From Terracidiphilus sp. (GTDB lineage Bacteria; Acidobacteriota; Terriglobia; Terriglobales; Acidobacteriaceae), in assembly GCA_035648535.1 (NCBI GenBank), contig DASRLI010000199.1:1-58690 (forward strand): DNA of 58,690 nucleotides, given 5' to 3'. The translations under genes were made by a program, and so were the position numbers. Below the pieces are notes generated by a model. That model worked only from the letters and a program-made list of their open reading frames with translations. It ran no database searches and was not told the DNA's origin. Positions 29,239 to 39,165 of the stretch are shown piece by piece (positions within the stretch are counted from its first letter, which is position 1; each line of letters begins with the position of its first letter).

Positions 29239-31947
29239 TCATATCCATTTCTTTCTTAGCAACCAGACTTTAACTCCTTGCGTGAGGCCGGTATAGGCGA
29301 CAAGCGTAAGTAGCAGGATGGGCCAGTACAGCCCCGGCAAGTGTGTCAGCCCTAGCGAAGAAGCCAATGGCGAGTAAGGAAGCCATACTCCAAAGGTCAT
29401 GATCGCCAGTGTTGTGAGGATCAGGGGCCAGCTTGCGCGGCTCTGAAGAAATGGGATCTTATTCGTGCGAATGATGTGGATGACGAGTATCTGCGTCATC
29501 AACGACTCCACGAACCAGCCCGTCCGAAATAGCGGAGCTCGAGACGGATCCCAGCACTTGAAGAGATAGAGCATGATGAAGAATGTGGAGTAGTCGAAGA
29601 TCGAACTGATGGGTCCTATGCAAAGAATGAATCGTTTGATCTCACCGATGTTCCAGGGCCGCGGCAGCGCCACCAGTTCATCGTCCACCTCGTCGGTGGG
29701 AATTGGCAGCTGCGAGAAGTCGTAGAGCATGTTGTTTGTCAAAATCTGAATTGGTGCCATCGGAAGGAAAGGAAGAAATGCGCTCGCCCCCAACACGCTG
29801 AACATGTTTCCGAAGTTGGAGCTGGCGCCCATCCGAATGTACTTGATAATGTTTGCGAAGACTTTTCGCCCTCCGATTACGCCCCCGTCCAGCACCATGA
29901 GATCCTTCTCGAGCAGGATCAGATCCGCTGACTCCTTGGCGATGTCGGCCGCTGTATCCACTGAGATGCCAATGTCTGCAGCGCGCAATGCGGGAGAATC
30001 GTTGATTCCGTCTCCCATGAATCCCACGACGTGCCCGTTGCCGCGCAGGACGCGTACGATCCGCTGCTTGTGGGCGGGAGAGAGGCGGGCGAAGAGAGTT
30101 GTCTTCTCAGCAGCCTCCGCAAGTTCAGTGTCGGACAATTTCTCCACATCATCGCCGAGCAGCATCGGGTCGGCTAGGAGCCCCACATCCCTGCACACTT
30201 TGCGGCTTATCAGGTCGTTGTCGCCGGTGAGGATCTTCACCACCACACCATGGTTGTGCAATGCCTTGATGGCGCCTGCGGCAGTACGCTTAGGCGGGTC
30301 TAGAAAAGCGACATACCCTTTCAGCACGAGATCGCGTTCATCGTCCCTTGAGCAGGTCTTTTTTTCCGACAGCTCTTTGATTGCCACCGCCAAAACCCGG
30401 AATCCATCATTGCTGAGACTCGCATATTCGTCCTTCAAGCCTTTCATCAGTGCAGGGTCCATGGGAGACACCTTCCCATCCAATTCGAAATGGGAACACT
30501 GATGAAAGATCTCTTCCGGGGCACCCTTGGTGAGGAGGATCGCCTTGCCCTCAGGGCTCTCGACGAGTACGGACATCATGCGTCGCGTGAAGTCGAAGGG
30601 AATCTCGTCCAGTTTCTTGTACTTCTCGACCAGAGCTTGCCCGTGAAAATCCGAACTGTTCAGAATCGCAGTATCAAGCAGGTTCTTGAGGCCCGTTTGA
30701 AAGTGGCTGATGAGGTAGCCGTCCATGAGTACTTCATCTGTTTCACGTCCGGCAACATTGCAGTGCCGCTGAAGGATGACCCGATCTTCGGTGAGAGTGC
30801 CTGTCTTGTCGGTGCACAATACGTCCATACCACCGAAGTTCTGGATGGCGCTGAGACGCTTGACAATCACCTTCTTACGGCTCATGGCAAGCGCGCCCTT
30901 AGAGAGGCAGACAGAGACAATCATGGGCAGCATCTCCGGAGTCAGTCCCACGGCCACTGCCATCGCAAAGAAAAAGGCGCCCTTCCAATCGTGCTTTGTA
31001 AACCCGTTGATGAAGAAAACCAGGGGCACCATGACGGCCATAAGCTGGATCATGAGCCATGTGAAACGGCTGAGGCCCTGGTCGAAACTTGTCGGCGGTT
31101 CCTCCTCCGTGATGGAACTGGCCATTGTGCCGAGGTACGTGTGGACACCAGTCACGACTACGACAGCGGTCGCCGTGCCGCTTTGAACGCTCGTACCCAT
31201 GAAGCACGAGTTCTTCAGTTCCGCCGGCGAGTTGGCAGCCTTAGGATCGACGTCGTGGAACTTCTCTACCGGAAGCGACTCTCCGGTCAAAGTTCCTTGG
31301 CTGACAAATAGATCCTTTGCAGAGAGAACCCGCACATCGCCAGGTATCATGTCGCCGGCGGAGAGATTGATAATGTCCCCCGGAACCAGGTCCCGAAGTG
31401 GTAGCTCACGCGCTTTGCCATCCCTAACCACCGTTGCGGTCACGTGGATCATGGCTTTGAGCTTTGCAGCAGCGGCGTCCGCACGCGCTTCCTGCAAGAA
31501 TCGGAGCGTCACGCTGAGCACTACCATGCCAGCCATCACGCTGCCGGCACGCACGTCCCCGGTGGCAAATGATATCGATGAAAGAACTGCCAGCAGAATC
31601 ACCAACGGGTTACGCATGATGATCAAGAGCCGAATGAACCAGCCGCGCCGGCGCTCCTGCGCAACCTCATTCGGTCCGGATGTACGCGCACGGCTCTCGG
31701 CTTCGATTTGAGTCAAGCCGCCCAGACCCGTTTGCAGGGAGCGAAGGAGTTCGTCGCCATCCTTCGCCGCCGCATCGAGAACTGCCGAAGAAACTCGAAT
31801 GTTATGTTCTTTAGCTTTTTCGGGAATTGAAGATGCTTCGGGGGGCGGCGGAGTCACCGCGAGGCCAGTGACGCCGGAGTTCATGCCAGCAGTCGTCTTC
31901 TCGGCCGCGCGATTCGGATCAGCTATCGTCATCCCTTTGGTCACCAC
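29239..31947 (-). CDS. mgtA: Magnesium-translocating P-type ATPase
   Basis: KDLFVSQ..LTGES, AVAVGLTPEMLP, DKTGTLT, PFDF.RR, GDGINDS, SSNFGNMFS, GWFVES. Confidence 0.94.
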   Translation of the reverse strand: MVTKGMTIADPNRAAEKTTAGMNSGVTGLAVTPPPPEASSIPEKAKEHNIRVSSAVLDAAAKDGDELLRSLQTGLGGLTQIEAESRARTSGPNEVAQERRRGWFIRLLIIMRNPLVILLAVLSSISFATGDVRAGSVMAGMVVLSVTLRFLQEARADAAAAKLKAMIHVTATVVRDGKARELPLRDLVPGDIINLSAGDMIPGDVRVLSAKDLFVSQGTLTGESLPVEKFHDVDPKAANSPAELKNSCFMGTSVQSGTATAVVVVTGVHTYLGTMASSITEEEPPTSFDQGLSRFTWLMIQLMAVMVPLVFFINGFTKHDWKGAFFFAMAVAVGLTPEMLPMIVSVCLSKGALAMSRKKVIVKRLSAIQNFGGMDVLCTDKTGTLTEDRVILQRHCNVAGRETDEVLMDGYLISHFQTGLKNLLDTAILNSSDFHGQALVEKYKKLDEIPFDFTRRMMSVLVESPEGKAILLTKGAPEEIFHQCSHFELDGKVSPMDPALMKGLKDEYASLSNDGFRVLAVAIKELSEKKTCSRDDERDLVLKGYVAFLDPPKRTAAGAIKALHNHGVVVKILTGDNDLISRKVCRDVGLLADPMLLGDDVEKLSDTELAEAAEKTTLFARLSPAHKQRIVRVLRGNGHVVGFMGDGINDSPALRAADIGISVDTAADIAKESADLILLEKDLMVLDGGVIGGRKVFANIIKYIRMGASSNFGNMFSVLGASAFLPFLPMAPIQILTNNMLYDFSQLPIPTDEVDDELVALPRPWNIGEIKRFILCIGPISSIFDYSTFFIMLYLFKCWDPSRAPLFRTGWFVESLMTQILVIHIIRTNKIPFLQSRASWPLILTTLAIMTFGVWLPYSPLASSLGLTHLPGLYWPILLLTLVAYTGLTQGVKVWLLRKKWI

Positions 31948-32078
31948 TAAACACTATGCAACTGGCTGGTGCGCGAACGGGTCGGTATCGCGCCCGCTTG
32001 CTGCCAGCCTATTTTGGAAAGGAATGATCGACCCTCAACTAGAAGATTCAAGAGATACCGCCGAGGATACCGAATCAC

Positions 32079-32375
32079 CTATTGCATATCTGCGCAGTTG
32101 CAAGATCGCTTTCGCCTCATCATCCAACTGATCGCCGTTCCGATTGCGAATCCTACCGCGAGCATAGCTACAACTGTTTCAATCGGATTTCTCTGCACGC
32201 GTCTCTTTGCGTCATCAAAAGCCTCACCCGCGGCGTAGTTGCCATGTTTTACAGCGCGCCGCGCTGCTCCCACCCCATCCTCAATTGCTTCCGCCGCATA
32301 AGAAGCCGCCCGAGAGGCCTTGTGCACGGTATCCGCAATTTGTTCACTCGTCTGTTCGAACGATGATTGAGCCAT
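32079..32375 (-). CDS. DUF883/ElaB-like tail-anchored small protein
   Basis: Helical body, VQRNP motif, C-terminal TM helix followed by RRKR. Confidence 0.65.
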   Translation of the reverse strand: MAQSSFEQTSEQIADTVHKASRAASYAAEAIEDGVGAARRAVKHGNYAAGEAFDDAKRRVQRNPIETVVAMLAVGFAIGTAISWMMRRKRSCNCADMQ

Positions 32376-32563
32376 TGTCTCTTAACCTTTCTCGTTTCCT
32401 GGTTCGATGTTGATTAGCCTATTCGCCAATGCCTGAGATTGAATCGCTTATCAACCAATATCCAACCTTCAGGCTGCTGAAGGATGGTCTCCTTTGCTCT
32501 TCTGCCTTCAACTCAAAGCAGGTGGCGAGCCGGCTCAATCAGAATCTGAATTTGAAAAGTGAC

Positions 32564-33525
32564 TCAGTCGTCACGCAAGGCCTCGATTGGATCAAGATAC
32601 GCTGCCTTTCTTGCCGGATAGTAGCCAAAACCGACACCCACCAGCGCCGAGAAGAACACCGCAAGCAATACTGCGCCCGGACCAACGGATGTTGCCCCGC
32701 CTGCCAGTTTCGAAATCAGGAACGATGCGCCTATACCAAGGACTATTCCGATGAATCCGCCAGCGATTGAGAGCGTGATCGCCTCCACAAGAAACTGCGT
32801 GAGAATGTCGCGCGTCTTTGCGCCCAGTGCCTGCCTACATCGGACTCGTCCACATTGGTATCGAGTTGCATCTTTGTCAGATCTTGCGCAATTTAAAAAA
32901 CAGTCGGCGCAGCAAACGATGCCGCGACAGTCTGGCCAACATCCATTCGTCGCGCTATCACTGTGCCATCCTGTGACACGATCTTTTCCTGGTCATCCAG
33001 CAATTGCTTCGGAATTCCGTTTTGCGCCCACGCAGAGCGATAGCGATCGAGGTCCATCTGGGCCTGCGCCAGGACGTTGATATCGTGCTCCAGAGCGCCC
33101 TCGGCCTGAAGCACCTGTGCCTGGTAGGGCCGCGGATCAATATCAATCAGTGCGTCCCCTTTGTGTACTTGCTGCCCCTCGCTGTAATGCACCGAAGTCA
33201 GGACTCCACTTGCCTGCGCGGTGATTGAGGACGTGTAGACAGGAGTTACTGTACCAATGGCATCCAGGTATATGCCGATGCTGCCCTTCGCGGCTGTGGC
33301 AATCGTAGTTGTGACAGATGGCTTAACGGCAGCGAGCGAGCGCTTCGCGGCCACTGCTTTGGCATCCATTTCGTGGATGATCAGGAAAAGGATCACAACC
33401 AGAAGCAGTAGGGAGAGCAGGCTACTCCACAGAATCCAGTGCTCGTGATACCAAGGGCGTGGCGGAGACAACTGGTGATCGGAGCCAATGTGCTGAACAT
33501 TCGAATTGTCTTCGATCTCATCCAT
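32564..33525 (-). pseudogene. Chimeric efflux remnant: MdtA-like N-half, MacA-like fragment, MacB-like C-terminus
   Basis: LDAIGTVTPVYT..IDPRPYQAQ (MdtA-like) joins DGTVIARRMDVGQTVAASFAAPTVF*IAQDLTKMQLDTNVDESDVG (MacA-like), which joins ALGAKTRDILTQFLVEA...FGYYPARKAAYLDPIEALR (MacB-like). Confidence 0.75.
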
Positions 33526-33868
33526 TCATAATTCCGCATCCTCGCACATTCGACAATGGGTCCTGCCTAGAATCGTCGAAGTGCGGGGGCGTTGTATGGT
33601 CAGTTTTGCTCATTTCTGAAGGTCTGAGGAAGCACGAAAGCTGGTTACCTGGAGTGAAGTATTTGGGAATTTCAAAGGATGTTTACATTTGCCCGAAGTC
33701 GCCAATGGACGTCTATCCCACTCGTTCGCATCATCCGACGCAAGCGAAGCTCTACACACATGCATATTCCGCCTTCACGATGTGTGTTCAGAAGAGCACA
33801 GCCTTTGGCCTTTGTTCCAGAGGAGGATGAGGTTCAAGGCGCCGTCAACACCGGACCAGGTGACCATT

Positions 33869-34375
33869 ATGCCTAAAGCTCATGTATTTCCTTCCATTCC
33901 CACAAAGATCCTGTTGCCGATTGACTTCAGCCCGTCATCCCAGGTAGCTCTGGAGATGGCGGCTGATCTTGCCAAACACTTTCATGCCAAGCTCTTTCTC
34001 GTTAACGTGATCGCGATGTTCCCACCATCAACTCTCCCTGAAGTTATTCCCGAAGCCACCTTTATTCAGGAATCAAGAGCATTCGCAGAACGCAATCTGG
34101 CCAAGTGCAAGGCAGCACTGGTGACCAGGGGAGTGAAATCAAATTCCAGTGTTGAAGTTGGAAACGACGTAGTCGGCAACATCATGGATGTGATCGATCG
34201 CGAGCATATTGACATGGTCATCATCTCCACCCATGGCATCTCCGGATGGCATCCGCTGGTCTTCGGATCGATTGCCGAAAAGGTGGTCAAGCTGGTGCAA
34301 TGTCCGCTCTTGCTTCTTCGATCAGCCAGCCCCGGCGCGGAAACTACTTCACGGCTCTCTACGAAATGGTGGTAG
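33869..34375 (+). CDS. Universal stress protein
   Basis: [35 protein letters not shown]. Confidence 0.9.
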   Translation: MPKAHVFPSIPTKILLPIDFSPSSQVALEMAADLAKHFHAKLFLVNVIAMFPPSTLPEVIPEATFIQESRAFAERNLAKCKAALVTRGVKSNSSVEVGNDVVGNIMDVIDREHIDMVIISTHGISGWHPLVFGSIAEKVVKLVQCPLLLLRSASPGAETTSRLSTKWW

Positions 34376-34461
34376 CAAGAACAGCGCTACGGGGTGCAAA
34401 TTATCCTCGCGCACCTCCGAATCTCCTGAAGATTCCTGTGTACGTCACGAAACGAGAGGGG

Positions 34462-35334
34462 ATGATGAAAATCGAGTCAAAAGATTTCCGTGTGCCGCCT
34501 GGGAAGACGTTCGACCTCAATAAGTGGCCAACGATCGTAGCGCCCTTTTGCAAGTCGAAGAAGCAGTATCGAAAGCTTCTTGAAGAACATATTCGAGAGT
34601 TGAGTTCCCTGCAACAGCTTCACTATGCGTCCAACACTCACGCGTTGCTTCTGATCTTCCAGGGTATGGACGGCGCCGGCAAGGATGGCGCGATTCGGCA
34701 CGTCATGTCCGGGGTCAATCCAGCCGGCTGTGAAGTTGTCAGTTTCAAGCAGCCGAGCGCCGATGAACTGGAGCACGATTTCCTATGGCGCACAATATGC
34801 AAGCTTCCGGAACGCGGCCGCATCGGCATCTTCAACCGTTCTTATTACGAAGAGGTGCTGGTCGTTCGAGTGCATCCGGAGATCCTCCGCAGCCAGGGGC
34901 TTCCTGAGCAGTTGCGAGACGAGAAGGATATCTGGCGGCAGAGGTATGACTCCATCGCGGACCTGGAGAGGCATCTCCATCGCAATGGCACCGAGACCAT
35001 CAAGATATTCCTCAACCTCTCCTACAAGGAACAACGAAAGAGATTCCTTGCGCGCATCGATGAGCCGGAAAAGAACTGGAAATTCAGCACCTCCGACATT
35101 CACGAGAGGAAATACTGGAAGCAATATATGAAGGCCTACGGAGATTGCTTTCGTGCGACCAGCACTCAGCATGCGCCGTGGTACGTCGTCCCCGCCGACG
35201 ACAAAGACAACGCGCGACTTATCGTCTCCCAAATCATCGTAGATGCGATGCGAAACCTCAAGATGGCGTATCCCCAAACCACGGCAGAGCGGCATCTCGA
35301 ACTGCGCGCGATCAGGAGGCTATTGGTGAAATAA
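34462..35334 (+). CDS. ppk2: Polyphosphate kinase 2 family protein (probably class III)
   Basis: Walker [47 protein letters not shown]; GAGGG RBS. Confidence 0.92.
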   Translation: MMKIESKDFRVPPGKTFDLNKWPTIVAPFCKSKKQYRKLLEEHIRELSSLQQLHYASNTHALLLIFQGMDGAGKDGAIRHVMSGVNPAGCEVVSFKQPSADELEHDFLWRTICKLPERGRIGIFNRSYYEEVLVVRVHPEILRSQGLPEQLRDEKDIWRQRYDSIADLERHLHRNGTETIKIFLNLSYKEQRKRFLARIDEPEKNWKFSTSDIHERKYWKQYMKAYGDCFRATSTQHAPWYVVPADDKDNARLIVSQIIVDAMRNLKMAYPQTTAERHLELRAIRRLLVK

Positions 35335-35603
35335 CGTCAAATACACTTTGCGAGTTGATCTGGATAAACAATGCGGCAAAGCCGCCACGGCGCTACCAAA
35401 AGTTATGGAGACCGCCGGGAGTCAGGAGTTGCAGTGGGAAGACGTTGCCGGAAGACGAAAGGACAAGTTGGCTTCTGGGTCTGAAATGAACAACGTGGTG
35501 AGAAGGGCTTCGGCAGTAGAGCAAGAGAAAGAATGTGCTGCAAGGTCATGGCAGATACTGCCTTGCTGCACAAGAGAATGTAATCAGATGTCCTGGCAAG
35601 AGG

Positions 35604-36146
35604 TTAATCGCCAACTCGAATATGATCCTCTGTTGGAATCCTGCATAAGACATCACCTTCCAGGTAGAACCGAAATCCGAGAACCTTGGCACGCATTGCA
35701 AGCGAGTGAATGCTGCGCGAAGAATGGTCATTGCGTTGCACTGAGCCTGTGATGATCATTTCTCGCGCGCAACTTGAGGTCTCGCGATAGACACGGAGGT
35801 CCGCCGTAACCACCTGGGGCAAAGAGTCAAAGAGCAGAGCGCGCACATCGATTGCATCCTTAAGAGTCTGGAGCGACGAATGCCTCTCTCGAATGTGTTG
35901 AGCGAGATCGACATCCCAGGGGTCCGGAGCCCTGGCCAGCCAGTCGCATTTCACATCCTCTCCGAGCAAGTTGAGACGGAGCAGACGTAACGGCGCACGG
36001 GTCAGTTCGCCGTAGCGCATCCGGACGCGGAGACCGCGGAGAAACCGGCTGACGTTGCCTAACTGCTCCGCCAGCCTTGGTCTTCGCGCCAGGCTCCAGT
36101 TTTCTTCGTAGGGATCGAAAGAAGAACTGGACGAAACAAGCGACAT
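35604..36146 (-). CDS. Hypothetical protein downstream of glnK
   Basis: AGGAG RBS, 33 nt after glnK, co-directional, protein-like composition. Confidence 0.7.
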   Translation of the reverse strand: MSLVSSSSSFDPYEENWSLARRPRLAEQLGNVSRFLRGLRVRMRYGELTRAPLRLLRLNLLGEDVKCDWLARAPDPWDVDLAQHIRERHSSLQTLKDAIDVRALLFDSLPQVVTADLRVYRETSSCAREMIITGSVQRNDHSSRSIHSLAMRAKVLGFRFYLEGDVLCRIPTEDHIRVGD

Positions 36147-36179
36147 GAATTTCTCCTGTAGACTTGCGACGTGAGAGCG

Positions 36180-36518
36180 TTAGAGAGCCACAACTCCTCG
36201 TTCTCGGCTCCGAATGCGGACTGCATCATCGACTTTGTAGAGGAATATTTTTCCATCACCAATCACGCCTGTGTAGGCAATGGTCAGGATAGTGTCAATC
36301 ACTTTCTCTACGATTTCGTCCTGCAGCACGAGCTCCACCTTGATCTTTGGCAGCAGGTCCACTTCATACTCGCGCCCCTTGTAAACCTCGGTGTGACCCT
36401 TTTGGCGGCCATGTCCGCGGACCTCTGAAACCGTCATGCCTTCCACTCCCATCTTTATGAGAGCTGATTTGACGGATTCGAATTTGTTAGGCCGGATAAT
36501 TGCTTCGAGCTTGGTCAT
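36180..36518 (-). CDS. glnK: P-II nitrogen regulatory protein
   Basis: 112 aa; EAIIRP, GMTVSEVRGHGRQKG, EVYKGREY (Tyr51), TGVIGDGKIF; adjacent to amt. Confidence 0.95.
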   Translation of the reverse strand: MTKLEAIIRPNKFESVKSALIKMGVEGMTVSEVRGHGRQKGHTEVYKGREYEVDLLPKIKVELVLQDEIVEKVIDTILTIAYTGVIGDGKIFLYKVDDAVRIRSRERGVVAL

Positions 36519-36593
36519 AAGATCCTCCTTTCCTGGCTAAGTACCAGTCGCATTGGCAGCGAGCCGCGTTCTATCTCGCTGCCGTTGGTTGGA

Positions 36594-38168
36594 TTACTTG
36601 GACGTGGTAAGGTCCTTGGGTAGGCCGGCCGGCGCTGCGAGCGACGAAATCACATACTCGGGATAGGCTGAGATTCCGTGCTCATGAAGATCGAGTCCGT
36701 AGAGTTCGCCTTCCTCTGAGACGCGCAGCGTGCCGGTCAAGTTAACGAGATACATCAACGCCAGCGCCACGCTAAACGTAGCCAGAGTAATGATACCGTT
36801 GCCGATGATCTGAGCCTTGAGCAGCGTAAAGCCGCCATGATAGAAAAGCCCATTCAGCGCAGCGGAGTTGTCGGGGCCGGTGGGGCCTGACGCTCCATAC
36901 TTGCCGCATGCAAATAGACCTAGCGACCACGTACCCCAGATTCCGCAGAAGCCGTGCACGGGTACTGCACCGATCGGGTCGTCGATGCGCAGCCATTCAA
37001 GCAGTTCCACACCAAGGCAAACGATCACGCCGGCAATGCCGCCTAGAATGATTGCACCTGTTGGGCTGACCCAGTAGCACGGGCAGGTGATGGCCACCAG
37101 TCCAGCGAGGAAGCCATTGACGGTGAATCCTATATCCCACTTCTTGCTGATGACGTAGGCGTAGATCATGGCTGTGAGACCTGCCGCGCAGGCCGCCAGC
37201 GTGGTGTTTGTCGAGACACGTCCGATGCCCACAAAGTCCATCGCAGAAAGTGTCGAGCCAGGATTAAAGCCATACCAGCCGAACCACAGAATCAGACCGC
37301 CCGAGGCTGCGATGGTCAGATCGTGCGGAAGCATCGGGCCCCCGCCATCGCGTTTGAACTTCCTGCCCAGGCGTGGACCCAGAACGATCGAGCCGGCGAG
37401 AGCGATGAATCCACCGATCGTGTGCACAACCGTGGAACCCGCGAAGTCATGGAAACTCTGGCCGAGGTTTGGCAAGAAGTATCCCGTTGAACCCATGGTG
37501 GCCAGGAATCCATCGGGCCCCCACGCCCAGTGACCAATGATCGGATAGATGAAGCCCGAGACACCCAAAGAGTACAGCAGATCGCCGATGAAACCGGTGC
37601 GGCCGATCATGGCTCCCGAGGTGATCGTGGAGCACGTATCAGCGAATGCAAACTGGAAGATCCAGACCGCCAGAAATGCGACGCCGGTGGACTCATATGT
37701 TTCGGGTGCATCCTGCAGAAAGAACCAATGGTAGCCGATGAATCCGTTGCCGTGGCTGAACATGAATGCAAAGCCAATGGCGTAGAAGAGAATGCCGCAG
37801 AGGCAAGTGTCAACGATGCACTCCATTAGCACGTTGACGGTCTCACGAGAGCGACAGAATCCGGCCTCAAGCATGGTAAAGCCAACCTGCATTCCAAAGA
37901 CAAGGAATGCGGCAATCAATGTCCACGCAGTGTTGACGGGATTGACGACGTCGGCGGCCTTTACCGTGCTGTCGGCAGCCAGGACTTTGGTAAAGAGGAG
38001 TCCGGTGACGGCTGCCATCACCAAAAGGGTCAGTCCCACCCCCATCACCTTGCCTGCCAGAAGAGTCGCGCCATAGCGCCTCCACTCCGGGTCGCGCAAG
38101 CGCTCTGCTAAGCGGGAGATCTTCGATGCAAGGGATTGAGATGTCCCTCGCCGCACAATGGATTTCAT
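36594..38168 (-). CDS. amtB: Ammonium transporter
   Basis: MQVGFTMLEAG, FQFAFA, HWAWG, HDFAGSTVVH, WFGWYGFNPGS, DDPIGAVPVH, GLDLHEHG; start set at ATG 38168. Confidence 0.95.
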   Translation of the reverse strand: MKSIVRRGTSQSLASKISRLAERLRDPEWRRYGATLLAGKVMGVGLTLLVMAAVTGLLFTKVLAADSTVKAADVVNPVNTAWTLIAAFLVFGMQVGFTMLEAGFCRSRETVNVLMECIVDTCLCGILFYAIGFAFMFSHGNGFIGYHWFFLQDAPETYESTGVAFLAVWIFQFAFADTCSTITSGAMIGRTGFIGDLLYSLGVSGFIYPIIGHWAWGPDGFLATMGSTGYFLPNLGQSFHDFAGSTVVHTIGGFIALAGSIVLGPRLGRKFKRDGGGPMLPHDLTIAASGGLILWFGWYGFNPGSTLSAMDFVGIGRVSTNTTLAACAAGLTAMIYAYVISKKWDIGFTVNGFLAGLVAITCPCYWVSPTGAIILGGIAGVIVCLGVELLEWLRIDDPIGAVPVHGFCGIWGTWSLGLFACGKYGASGPTGPDNSAALNGLFYHGGFTLLKAQIIGNGIITLATFSVALALMYLVNLTGTLRVSEEGELYGLDLHEHGISAYPEYVISSLAAPAGLPKDLTTSK

Positions 38169-38505
38169 CGTGTGGTTCCTCCTGTATGAGTTTGTCTTCA
38201 CGAGATAGACAACTACCCGACCGGCCTTTTGTTGATAAACCGGTGCCTGGATTCCTACCGCATAATCGCGGCAAGTGCGCGTTCTGTTGCTGATTAAGAG
38301 TGCAACTGCGGAAGGCTGCCGTGTCTGCTGGGAAGTCAGAGCTTCGGCGAACCGGGGTTACACCCATACTGCCCGAGCCGCTATCCTTGTCGAACAGTTA
38401 TGAACAGAGGCTAGTGCCCGAAGTGCGAGATTGCAATCTATGCTTTGGTATAGTCAAACGGGTTCGATATAAAGACAGTATGAGGATTTAACTGGAAAGC
38501 CCGTT

Positions 38506-39165
38506 CTATTCACTCAGATGAGCGGACCACGATGGTTCCTTTGCGCGCTCACACATCTTCACGAGCTCCGCCAAGGAACCAGCACGCATTTTCTCCATGA
38601 CTTGGCGCCGATGCAGCTTCACCGTGATCTCGCTCAAATTCAGCTCGCCTGCAATTTGCTTGTTCAAAAGACCAGCGGTAACCATACCCATCACTTCACG
38701 CTCGCGTGTTGTTAGTGAGTCGATGCGAGCGCGAATTGAATCAAGGATCGCTTCTTCCTTGCGGCGGGCTCGGTCCGATGCGAATGCCTGCTCTACCGCA
38801 TGCAGCAGCTCATCTTTTTGAAACGGCTTTGTGAGAAATTCCACCGCGCCCGCCTTCATCACCTTCCGCACCATCGGGATGTCTCCGTGCGCGGTCATGA
38901 AGATTACCGGTATCTTGATCCCCGACTTCCTCAATCGCTCCTGGAACTCAACACCACTTATCCCTGGGAGTCGCGCGTCCAGAAGCAGGCACCCAGCCAT
39001 TGCTTCAGACCAGTGAGCGCTGAAACCCTCTGCTGTGGAATAGCACTTAGCGTCGATTCCAATGGCTTCGAGAAAATTGCTAAGTCCCTCGCGAATAGAT
39101 TCATCATCGTCAACGATGAATACCGTTTCTTTCTTGTCCTTCGAAGTCTCCGGCTTCTCTGTCAT
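38506..39165 (-). CDS. FixJ/TodT-family response regulator (REC + LuxR HTH)
   Basis: VFIVDDD, CLLLDARLPG, FMTAHGD, FLTKP, LTTREREV...NKQIA..TVKLHR. Confidence 0.93.
   Translation of the reverse strand: MTEKPETSKDKKETVFIVDDDESIREGLSNFLEAIGIDAKCYSTAEGFSAHWSEAMAGCLLLDARLPGISGVEFQERLRKSGIKIPVIFMTAHGDIPMVRKVMKAGAVEFLTKPFQKDELLHAVEQAFASDRARRKEEAILDSIRARIDSLTTREREVMGMVTAGLLNKQIAGELNLSEITVKLHRRQVMEKMRAGSLAELVKMCERAKEPSWSAHLSE

Noticed and set aside
31950-32078. Mg2+ riboswitch (M-box/mgtA leader) upstream of mgtA
   Set aside because: One ggctgg/ccagcc stem is present, but there is no recognisable consensus, terminator or Pro-rich leader ORF
38265-38290. Sigma54 promoter for amt
   Set aside because: Minus strand reads CAGAACGCGCACTTGC; the invariant GG at -24 is missing
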